Assembly (NCBI GenBank): GCA_012295275.1
Contig: CM022666.1
Coordinates: forward strand, 12,152,001-12,216,000
Direction: 5' to 3'
Source: Chrysomallon squamiferum
Lineage: Eukaryota; Animalia; Mollusca
Length of the DNA: 64,000 nt
This document shows, one piece after another, positions 1 to 12,300 of the stretch. A program made the translations under genes and the position numbers. The number at the start of each line of letters is the position of its first letter. Within the stretch, counting starts at the first letter, position 1. Below the pieces are notes generated by a model, which saw nothing but the letters and a program-made list of their open reading frames with translations, made no database searches and was not told where the DNA came from.

Positions 1-2176
1 TTCAAAATAACCAAAGTCAGTGGTTTTTACACTATCAGAAATCAGCAGGGTAAAAACCTACTGTGTACTTTCCCTTTAAAAGCAAATGAACTTTGACATG
101 GACTTTCTCTAAACAAGGAACATTTTTGATAATGAAATAAGCAGCACCAGAGAAATAGAAAACGGGGCAAAAAAAGCATTTTAGAGAAGTTTGCAAAAAA
201 GTGATCTGCACTTTTAGTCAAATTTACTGAAGTAATAACTAATACTTCTAATTAAGACATCTGTGTTTAATATTCACCGACTGTTTAATATTCACTGACT
301 GTTGTAGAACAATCACAAGATTGTTGTGATGCATGAAACCACAAGCAGCATACCACTGAAGCATACAGAAGTATCTGTGTTAAATCTATTTCCCACACAG
401 GAAAGAACTGACTGGTGGAAGTAGGAAATACTAAACCACTGAAGTAGTCAGTTACAATCTGGCTCCAGTTATCTCTTTATTGCTAAGTCCAAAAAGGTGA
501 CTAACATCTACACTGATTTGCAAGCTTGAGTACTGCACTCAGAAATACATTAAGTCAATTAAGTATTATAATCATTACACAACTAAACAAAAAGCTTGTA
601 ACTGTTGCTCCATGAGTTATTCCTAATCAGTTTGAATGATTTATTTATCTGTTGTTCCGTTTTCTTATTATTATTTTTTCACTTTTTATTTTTATTTATT
701 CTTAGAAAAACTCAAAATTTCTATTATCTATAATGCAGTTTCCTTGGCTTATTGTGTACCAGGAAATTATTACAAAATATTTTAAAATTGCCTGTTTTTA
801 CATCATTCTTTATTTTGGAAGTTTCATTTCTTCATTAGGCATTATATATGTATATAGTATGTGTGTGTGTGTGTGTGTGTGTGTGAATATAACACACAAA
901 TATACATACACAGATACTATTACATATATTTATATAAGTATCTGTGTATATATATATATATATATATATACATAAATATATATATATATAGCATACAGTG
1001 GATAAAGATGGGTTTATGAAGGGATTTGTTTTTCAACTGATGTCAGAATATTTCAAACTGTTAAAGGATGCTGTGCCCCCTCATTAAACAGTAAGATAAG
1101 CACATACCTGTTACATACTTAAATACTGATGCTATATTTTGTTGCACTATTTTCTGAATCTGGAGAGTTTCTGATAAAGCCAATTTGGGATACTAACCAA
1201 AATTCTGATTCAACCCCTCTGTTTGTTTATGTTACCTTGTAAACAACTTGGACATTTTTATCACTGTAACAGGTGACCTGTCTCATGTCCAGTCAAAGGT
1301 TCTAGAAGTAAAGCAAATGTCTGTGTTGCCATGGGAACATGATTTATCTTTCACAACAAGGAGAAGCCATCATCATATTGTGAGAGAAATCCAGACTCAG
1401 TTTGGAAGGGTATTGTCAAATGATAACAAAATATAACTAATGACAAAATTGTTGTTATTTTTATTTTTTTTTTTTTTTTTTTAAAGCTTTATATGGAATA
1501 ACAGAACTGTTTTTAGGAAAGATGTTAAGAGAATTTTCTTCTGATACTAAATTAGTGATGATTGCTTTTGTGGACTCAAACTTTACTTCAAAATGAGTAC
1601 ATAGGTTTGATATCATATTGTACATCTTAAAAGTGAATATCTACTTTATCATGTATTAAAACATTACTCAAACAGTTAGCCACATTCAAAGGAAATGTCA
1701 CTAAGTAAAATGAAAGATTTTTTTTTGTGTGTGTTTTTTAAAACTGAAACAATCTTTATTACATCAGGAACAAAATTATACAAAATTAATTAAAACTGTT
1801 TTAAGACAAATAAAATATCTGGATATATATATAGATATATGTTTAAAAAGAAAATTCAATTCAACAAAACAGCCTAGGGTCATCTAAAACAGGTAAATGC
1901 TTGTGTATTCAACTTTCAGTATAATATGACTCTTGTTGTAAATTAAAAAAAAAAAATCACTGAAAAGAGCTGAATCTGATCCCTTCACTTTGTGTCATCA
2001 ACAAATGTAATCAGTGACTGTGTAAGAACACATTCAGTGTGTTTATTTAAGACGTAAGTGAGGATACCTTCACGAGATATTGCGTGTCTGCAGTTAGACT
2101 GTGGCCTTTACCAGCTGAGAGGTGTGAGTTAACTGAAGCATAACACAGATCACAACATCTGTGTTAACAAACCAGC

Positions 2177-2345
2177 AGTACAAGTTAATAAAACAAGTGT
2201 GTATTTATATAAATAACATCTATAAAAGTAGTACAAGTTAATAAAACAAGTGTGTATTTATGTAAATAACATCTATAAAAGTAGTACAAGTTAATAAAAA
2301 GAAAAATTAATGTGTATTTATATAAATAACATCAATGAAAGTTAA
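2177..2345. repeat. Tandem repeat, about 53-bp unit x3
   Basis: AGTACAAGTTAATAAAACAAGTGTGTATTTATATAAATAACATCTATAAAAGT repeated. Confidence 0.8.
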
Positions 2346-2455
2346 TGTAATACTAAAATAAAATACTTTAGTGCATTGTATTACAGATGTGTGACGTTGT
2401 GTTCTGGTTTATCTATTTATTTCTATTCACATGTCTGGACTATGATTAGCAGAAA

Positions 2456-2481
2456 AAATAAAATAAAATAAAATAAAATAA

Positions 2482-2561
<80 letters not shown>

Positions 2562-2568
2562 TAAAATA
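2456..2568. repeat. (AAAAT)n followed by (AAT)n microsatellite
   Basis: Seen directly; it is the source of the poly-Leu ORF 2427-2663. Confidence 0.9.
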
Positions 2569-3689
2569 ACATTTAAAAAATATAATAAAACTAATAGATT
2601 AATAATTGCTAAATTCAAAATATTTTCTGGATAAAAAATGTATTTCTCTTTTCTTGTGAACATATAATCATAATCTAGTCCAGAACAGAATAATATAGAA
2701 TAAAAAGCAAAATATAAATCATAATTTCTAAAATGAATATATTATTACTATTATTTTAAATCTACATGGTAATAATTGTATTTTAATCTTAAATGAATGG
2801 AAACATGTCTAGATTTTATTCAGTTATTACAAATGAAGTGTTTGTCTCCCAGTTTAAATCTAGTTAAAATTTATTTATTTCTAAATTTTAATTTATATTT
2901 TGAAAACTTCTAAAAAATTTCAGTTTTATATTTCTGAAATTATTTTACTAAATATTTATATGGTTTTATTTTTAATCAAAAGTTTTTTTTAGATTTTATT
3001 ATAAACGTAAGTTATTTACAAATGTATAGCTTTTGTTGTTCAAATAAATATCAAATTGTAGAATTAAATATACCTGTTAATTATTGTACTAGATCTTTTG
3101 ATCTTAAAGTTTGTAGTACTTTATCATTTTAGACAAATCAAAATATTGAATAATAAATTTTAAAGTTTAAAATATATTAAAATTCTGCAGTAAACAAAAA
3201 TAAATAAATTAATTAACAATCTCCAATAAACAAAAATAAATAAATAAATAAAAATTAAGAAGATGAAGAAAAAGACTGATCGTTGGAAAGTGAAAAAGCT
3301 TTGTGCAAATGAATTTCGTACACTAACTTCTCCCTGCAGATTTGTAATGTGCTAAGTGTGCAACAAAGTTTCAAACCGTTCTACAAAGTACAAACACTGT
3401 AACACAAACAAACATTGCATGTCACACCTCTTACAAAGTTCTACAAAGTTTAGCAGGTTTTAAATCTCTGACTAATTACAACACAATGCAATCCTTGATT
3501 GGACACCAATTTGCCAGGACACTGCCATTGTCTGAGCAGTGAGCAAAGCTTGCAATGGATGCAATGCTGGCTGACCTAATATGGAGCAGAAACAAGGCAT
3601 CGTGTCTGAGAATATTTAAAAATCAAATATCCGTTCACACCTGGTGACTCTTAAGCTATGAATATAGTGATTTAAAAAAATATACTTAC

Positions 3690-3905
3690 TGCGCCAACTT
3701 GGGATAAACTGCTTAAAATAACTATGAGTATGGCAACAATGAACCTGCAAAAGAAATCATTCAGTTTTGAAATACAAATAAACCAAAGTCAAATATACAA
3801 TTAATATACATATAATATTTGAAAATATATTTCAGAAGATAGATTTTAGACGTGTTTTATAAATAAATGTGATGTAGCAAGTGCAGTGACTTACCATGAA
3901 GACAT
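3690..3905 (-). CDS. 5' coding exons of a divergent secreted-protein gene, probably the collagen IV alpha2-like chain; the rest lies left of the window
   Basis: On the - strand, aaaacATG TCT TCA TG|gtaagt (3905-3895) splices via ttgcag to 3744-3690, which ends GCA|gtaagt. The product is MSSWFIVAILIVILSSLSQVGA, a textbook signal peptide. Splice sites are canonical and phases match. The alpha2 identity is inferred only from the head-to-head position next to the alpha1-like gene; no Gly-X-Y exon is visible in 1-3689. Confidence 0.65.
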
Positions 3906-5086
3906 GTTTTTCAATCGTGAAGACACACAGAACAAACTTCTACCAATCTGTGTAGGTTTTGGCGTACCAGCCAACTGACTGGCACCGGAGAAGCACAAAG
4001 TCATCAAAGTTGAAGAAAATGTCCGAACGGCCAAGTTTAATTCCAGCCGTTCTTTTAAGGCCGAGATTTAACTCGGCTATGAGTCAAAGCCTCAATCCTA
4101 TAATGAGAAGAAAGATTTTGAAAATCATCCAGCCGACTGCATGAAGTTAACTTCGATGTCCTCCTTCAGAGTAGCATAAGAATTTCGCGTAGGTACATCC
4201 AGATTTCAGACAAAGTAGGCGGAGTATCCGTATGAAGCCGCGCCCACTCCCACGCCAGTCATTCCGTTATGGGACAAATTCGTATCACTCGACTGCATAA
4301 GAAAAAAGGAAATTGCTTTCATCCCATGTTTTAGTGCACAATAAACTGAATTGTTTTCGTTAGCGACAGAGAGGAAAAGAAACAGCTAACAACCGTCGCG
4401 AGTTATTTAATATATCTGCTGTAATACACAGACTCAGCCAAACTTTTACAGTGAATTAACATAACTGGCATCGCCCATTTGTTGAACAGTCTTCATACAA
4501 TATAATCTTTGAATAAACGTTTGTCTTATTATTTGAAATAATGACAAACGTTTTTAATTACTATTAATTTCAATATCAAACTACTTAACTTAACTAATAT
4601 TTTGCAATGCTATTTTAGGAATATTTACAAGAAGACTTCAAAGGAAATTCGAATGATTGACAGTTGACCTAGTTCCAGTAACTCTGCAAGAGCTCCAAAA
4701 GGGCGGAACTCGGCTTCCGCGAGAAGAAGTTAGTGCGCTAAAATAATTTTACTGCATGGAAATTACGAACATATTTGCAAATTTTTATCACAGAAAGGAA
4801 TTAGTCATCACTTTTGGAAATCTTTTCCTAGCAGACACCGAGTCTGTAAGGAAAAAGAAAAGTTTTTGGAAATAGTGCCTCTTTGTGTGGAAGACGTTTG
4901 TTCAAACTTAGTCATTCCTAAGACAAGATGGAGGGTTAGCTTTACGAAGCGACTTCGTTTTGGAAGAGAATCGACAGAAAAAACAGAAATCGCTAGGAAA
5001 GTTTTACTAGGTCCTCAGTGGCCTGTGAAAACTTTCACAATTTCTTCTCAGTTCTGTCTCATTTGTGATAAAACCGATTGTTCATT
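3906..5086. promoter_or_regulatory. Probable bidirectional promoter and 5' UTRs shared by the two divergent genes
   Basis: About 1.18 kb between the two ATGs. Locally CpG-rich in otherwise CpG-poor DNA. GC-box-like GGGCGG at 4701, plus AGGCGG (about 4217) and CCGCGCCC (about 4238). Confidence 0.55.
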
Positions 5087-5981
5087 ATGAAACCCAGAAA
5101 ACCAAGTCTGCAGCCTTTGGCAGTCATTCTGGGATTTCTTCTATTTGCTCATTTTCTGGACAAGTCCGATGCCGCTGTAAGTATTGTTCCGTTTTCAGTA
5201 TTTTAATGCACGTGTTTTGGATTTTTAAAAACACTTTAGTACCGTGTTGTTATTTCATGTAAGTTGCATTATTTAATGTTTTCATGATAACATTAAAATT
5301 TCTGACGATTTTAGAATTTGGTAATGCTGATATATCAAAATTATTTATAAGAAATATGAAATTCTTTGCTATATAAGTAATTATATGTAAATAAAATAAA
5401 TAGACCAGAAGAAACGTGCAATAAAACGATAAAAGTGATTTTAATTTTATTATAGTGATTGATTCGAATCTTTCTCTCCAAGGTCCAAATATGAAAACTT
5501 GATTTTTTTTTTTTTTTTTTTTTAAATTTATTGATTATTATTACTTGTAATATTGATGTAAAAACTAAGTATGAAGTTGTAAACAAAAACACATTGTTAT
5601 CAATACTTAAGGAATTAATGTGTTGTTCTAGTCGAGTGTTCTTTGTAATATATTGTATAACAAACGTGTTGAAGGCACATTACAAAGGGAGCAGTCATTA
5701 TTGGGTTTGTGGTATGCTGAAGCGGCTTTTTAAAGCATTCGCTTTGAGACAACACATGACTCCATAGATACATGTATTGCCTATTTCTGTATTAGTTTTA
5801 CAGACGCCAACATTTTGATTTCAGAGTTAAATATAACATGTATATTTAGTGAACTGTTTAATCTGCAGTTAATTATTTTAATTATTTATGCATGAAATAA
5901 TTAACTCATTAATAAATTATTATATTTTTATAATTTGCCAAAATAAAAACGAGAAACATAAATAAAATTTAAACATAATGA

Positions 5982-6014
<33 letters not shown>

Positions 6015-8251
6015 CATCAATATTAAAATAAACAAATAATTAAAATTAATTAGAAATATAAACCGGTAATATTAATTTATTTAAACATTTTAAATTAAGA
6101 GTCATTTTTACACAGAATCTTTGACAAGAAATATTCTCTACTTACATAATGTCTGCTCTGTTACAATATACTCCTAGAGAAACATTTTTCAGAAAAAAGT
6201 CTCCCACACAAATAACTTAATTACATAACAATTGTCTGTGTTATCACCAGAAGTACTTGTTTACAATCAGCACTTACTAGCTGAATACACAAAACCACCC
6301 GATTATGATCAACACCTGAAGTCACCTGAGTTTGTGTATTGTCATTAATACATCTGACATTTGACCTTGCAGCATAAATATCTTCTTCCGTTCAGAACTA
6401 CACAAATAAAGAAAAACTTTTAGAGAGAATTGTAATGCTCTGTACATGAAAATTGTGGTGTTTTTTTTAGTTTTATTTATCTGGTTCATTAACAGAGTTT
6501 AGGTAGCTAGTTAGAGAAAATAATTTGTGTTCAAATAGTGCATGAAATTGAAAATCCTGTTCTGCACTGCTAAATATATTTAATATAGTAATAATAATTA
6601 AAAAAATAAGATATAAATGAATAAATAAATAAATATATAAATAAAAAAGTAATAATAATAAACTGTTGAAAGGTAGAAAAAATTTAGATTACAAAATAAA
6701 TAAATATAAAAACGACGAAAAGTGATAATATTAAATACATTAATTAATTAACAAAAGAAAGTACAAGAAACTGCATTTTAAATTTATAAAACTGTGTACC
6801 TCACTATCAGTTTTCAATTTCAATTTGTATCAATATATATATATATATATCACTAGAAAACAGAAAAATAATTATTGTTTTCTGTTTGATGAATCACACA
6901 AATAATTTCAATATGCAAGAAAATATAGCAAAAATTCAACATTAGGCAACAACAACATCTCATATAGTAGTTTGTCCATATAAAGGTTATATATATAAAC
7001 CAATGAACATGCATTGTTTTGTCTGGAAGCAAAATTATAATTAAAAGAATCAATGATAAAAGAAGAAGCCATGAAATAAATAATAATATGTGATGTTCAT
7101 ATCAGTAAATGTTTGATATATAATGTAATTTTAACAAAAATAATATTTAAATAAAACAGAGTGAAAAGAAATTAGAAAATGTCCATTAAAAAGAAGAGAA
7201 TATTTAAATATTAGTTTCTACCAATTATTTTAAACCAAAATTACACTTGTTTTGTACAATGTATGTAGTGTAATGTATTAAGTTATTATGATGCACAGTA
7301 TTACAACAATGTATTTGTTAAAATACTGTATTCATAGTGTGTATTTTGTAACACATTGCTCTGATAATAACATTATAAAACTTTGTACAGGTTATTATAC
7401 AAAGTATTACAAAATGATACACAGTATTACAACAATGTATTTTTTTAAAACACTGTATTCATAGTGTGTACTCTAAAGTGTATTTGGTAACACACTGTTC
7501 TGATTATAACAATATAAAACTTTGTACAGGTTATTACACAAAGTATTACAAAGTGTACATATAACGGGTATTTTTAAAACATTGATTGATATACTATGAA
7601 TTAAATAAATTTTGACTGGATTTAAACTGTGAGACAAACACTTCATTTTTAATAACTGAATAAAAATCTAGATGTGCTTCAATCAAGATTAAAAAGAGCC
7701 ACTGTATTACAAAATACAAATTCAAAGAATTTTAATGGGTTTTTATTATATTTTTTTAATTTTAATTTTATTTGTTAATTAATTTGTTTTTTTAAGTTTA
7801 AATTATTTTTTTTTTTTTTTTTTACTATGGATTGTTTACAGTATATTGCATTGTTTTATTTTGCAGGCTTGTAAAGGTTGCACAGAAACGATATGTATAT
7901 GTTATGGAGACAAAGGAGAAAGGGTAAATTTTATTAATTTTAAATTGATTTTCTTTGTCAAAGTTAATATTTATAACTTTCATAAATTTACACTAATTTT
8001 ATATTTTATTTTATTTTTATTTTTTTTCATATTTGTATCCATTTCATGTAACTACAAAACTGTGAAAATAATATGTACTTCCTCTGTAATATAAATAAAC
8101 GTAACAACTAGGTCAGTTAAAATAAAACTTGAAAATTAATTTATTTTAAAAATGGTAATTGTATGATTCCAAATCTTCTGTTTGTAAATATAGGACTAAT
8201 TCAATTTTTTAATATATTTATTTATTTATAATTATTTTTAGACTAATTATT

Positions 8252-8296
<45 letters not shown>

Positions 8297-9285
8297 TTTT
8301 TTTTTTTTTGTTTGTTTGTTTGTTTGTTTGTTTGTTTTGTTATATGTTTTTGTTGGATGGTTAGTTTATTAACATCTTTTTAATTTTGTTTATTTACAGG
8401 GTGCTGTAGGTTTACCTGGTCTGCAGGGACCCCCAGGTTTACCTGGCTTTCCAGGACCTGAGGGTCCACTAGGCCCACTTGGGATGAAAGGTGACCCTGG
8501 AGAGATCGGAGCTAGAGGTCCCAAGGGTTATCGTGTACGTGTAACATAGACTGAATTTTTAATTAGTGATTGTTCTCTCTTTTAAAGTGTGTTTCACAAT
8601 TCAAACAAAAAGTTAAAAATATCTGTTGTATTTCAAACAGGTTGCTGTCTGTTATTAGTTATATTTAGGAATTATTATTATTATTAAATTTAAAAAAAAA
8701 AAAAAATTTGTACCACCAGAAATAGTGTTAAATTATAGTAATTAAATAATCAGAAATTTCAAATAATAATATATATGTATGTATGTATGTATGTCTGTGT
8801 GTGTGTGTGTGTGTGTGTGTTAAAATAACAATGAAAATGAATGTCTGGAAGCAAAATTATAATTAAAAGAATCAATGATAAAAGAAGAAGCCATGAAATA
8901 AATAAATAATAATACTGTGATGTTCATATCAATAAATGTTTGATATATAATGTAATTTTTAAACAAAAAGAAATTAGAAAATGTCCATTAAAAAGAAGAG
9001 AATATTTAAGTATAAGTTACCACCAATTATTTTAAACCAAAATAAGACATTTAGATAAATAAATATGTTAGTTCTATATATAATGTGAAATGTTTGTATT
9101 TAATAACTTGTGTTGTTTTGTTTTAGGGTGCTGAGGGTTTACCTGGATTTACAGGTGTTCCAGGCATACCTGTAAGTATCGTCAACAGTTAATATAAAAA
9201 TTCATATCAATGAAAAAACAATCTGCATTACATGCAAGTTTTTTTTTAATGTTTTTGTATTTATTTATTTATTTATTTATTATTT

Positions 9286-9317
<32 letters not shown>

Positions 9318-12300
9318 TTATTATTATTATTATTTTGGTACTTTATGGCTTTTTAAAGGATAATATCGGCATAATGTTTTTAAATTTTTTTTTATATGCC
9401 ACAGTCTGTATAGAATATTTATAAATGGATATGCAGTTAGTTTTCAGATTACTGAAATTTATGCCTGAAATTTGAAAATTTCTGGTTTTATTCAAATAAC
9501 ATTTTAGATAGCTAACTGTCAACATATATTGATTAAAACAGATTTTAATTTTTTTTAAACTGAATAAATCAAATGGTATGCAGATAATTTGTAACTTAAG
9601 TTAATAAATTATTTGAAATATGGAGAAATATATGACTATTAATTGAGCTTTAAATTTTACATTTAGATATCATAACCATGCATTCATTTTTAATTTTTTT
9701 AATTTATTTTATTACCTTTTTCTTTAGTTGTTAATTTATGTTCCAAATGAAGAATTTCAGTTGGAAGGAAGTAGAGGTACAGGCTTGAAAAGCTCTGTGT
9801 ACACATTAATGAATTATCACTAAACACATTTTTATTTATTTATTTATTTCAGGGTCAGCCAGGGCTGGAAGGACCTGTAGGACCTCAGGGCTATCATGGA
9901 TGCAATGGTACAAAGGTAACATCAGCTGAAACCTAGTTTACCTTAATATTTACCTGCTGTTTAACCTTTATTTATATATTTAAATACTTCAGAAAAAAAT
10001 CTGTTTTACAAGCTAAATTTAAAATGCTATTGCTGAAGTCTTTGATTTTATAAAATTTATAATTATATTAATTTTAATAGTATTTATTATTATTATTATT
10101 ATTTATTTATTTATTTGTTATTTATTATCATTATTAATTTTGTTTATAGGTGTAAGTTTAATAAATTAAATATAGTCACATTATTTACCAATTTATACAT
10201 CACTTTCTAAATGGGATAGTAATATTTTTGGCAGATACATTACATCTTGAAAAAGTAAATTTTTATTTAATTCACATATTAATAAAGTAATAAAAATAGC
10301 AGATAGTGTGTAACTTTGGCTCCTGATCAACTCAACTTAATTTAATTTTTATTTTAATGTCTACACTTTAAAGCTACATAGGCAATCTGGCAAAAATTAA
10401 AGTAATGAAATTTAGTTTAATTTTCAATTCATTTAACTGTCTACTGCTCTAGCAATCTTTTACACCTGGAAATAAAGCCCATTATGTAGAAATAGGCTAC
10501 TGTTAAACAGCAGTGAAGTATACTGTGTAAACATGGGACTGTAAACAGAAAAGGAAATTTATTAGTTTTTTCTGCAATGCTCTCTAGGATTATAAATCTG
10601 TGTCAAATATCGTCTAAGTAAAGATAATATTATTTATTGAAATTCTTATACTAAATGTGGTCTGAGATATTAATAAACACTTTCAGAAGATCAGGGTACA
10701 ACAAATTAAAGGTGAAATCTAAAAAGAAGTTTAAGATGCGTTAAAGCATGTAAGTTGTGTTCTGTGTGAGGTTATTAACAACAATAAAATAAAATATTTC
10801 AGGGAGAACGAGGTTTTCCCAGGTCAGCAAGGTTTTGACGGTTACCCTGGAGACCGTGGCTTACCTGGACTTCCGGGTATAAAGGTATTTATTATTTTTT
10901 TTATATATAAAACATGCAAACATACACACACACATGCATACACACAAACAATAACCATCTACCCATAAACACACATACACACATATATGTGTGTGTGTGT
11001 GTGTTTGTATGTGTGTGTATGTACAAACACACAAATTCACTACAAATTAAAACTAAATTGAAGTGCTCAGTGTGTCAAATATTCAATTATTCATCAGAAT
11101 TAGATTTTCTATATTTAATAAATGATGTGGGGCTTGTAACATATAACTATATGTACAAATACAAACATACATACGTACATAAATACATACATATACATGC
11201 AAATACACACACACACACACACACATATATATGTACCGACACACATATGGTAACACATACATATATGTACTAACACATAAATACATACATACACAGATTC
11301 ACATACATAGTTATATATATCCATTAAAAGAAATGTTTTTGTGTGTTACAGGGAGATCCTGGTGAGGTTATAGGAGTAGCACTAGCAGAAAAAGGTGATC
11401 CTGGTGAAAGAGGATACGATGGCCTTCCAGTAAGTTACCCTTTTACTTTAAATTATTTTAAATTTCCACCATTTAAATAAACATATAAACTAGTAGAATT
11501 ATACGACATGTCTTTTTAATCAGAAAATTGGTAATTTTGTTTAAAATAAGCTGTATTCATGCATTTAACTTAATAATGTAAAAACTACAGAGTTTCTGGT
11601 AATGTATTTTTAATATTTTATTCCTGACAGTAAAGTTCTAAATCATACATGAGCTGTAACTATGAGTTAGAACTGAATTTCACAGGACAAATCCTTCTCA
11701 GTGTGTGACATTATGCTATTTCCTATTCCAAACAGTGTCTTGTAATGGAATATCAGAGTTTATAATAAATAGTTTTTGTATACTGTAAAGGTTTATATAA
11801 AATCTAAGACCAGTAATTCATGAAAGTAGCCTTTAATGCAGCATAATTTTTCTCTTACCTACAATATAAAAAACTAAGTAGTTTGTAAATTTAGAATAGA
11901 GAAAGATGAGTTGATTCTGTAATCTAACATGGCTCAGTTTAACACTGGAACTTTCTGAAATATAAACTACATACAGAAAACACATTATTGTGAACATTTT
12001 ATCCAATATTTCTTTGTTGCATTACTAGACTGATAAAACAGAGGAAAAGTATTAATTAATATTGCAGAGTTGTGCTGTCTACAAGCATGTCTAACAGATT
12101 AAATATATAAGGTAATTTTCTAGGATAATTTTAGAATATGTTTTATTTGTTCAGGGAGAACCAGGAACAGATGGTCTTCCTGGTGAGAGGGGTTATCCTG
12201 GAGAACGTGGCCCACCAGTAAGTACTGTTATTAACAATAATAAACCAGTTTAAAACATTCTAACACTTCAGAATGAAAACTGTAGTCTCATCAAAATGTA

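Noticed and set aside
733-2663. Short ORFs with poly-Leu, CVCV or YIYI runs (also 10914-11324, 33730-33915, 50951-51232, 55171-55511)
   Set aside because: They are translations of (AAT)n, (TG)n and (TA)n microsatellites, with no splice or domain support.
1-3689. Further exons of the divergent (alpha2-like) gene
   Set aside because: No - strand Cys-rich 7S or Gly-X-Y segment with splice sites was found; the region is treated as intron.
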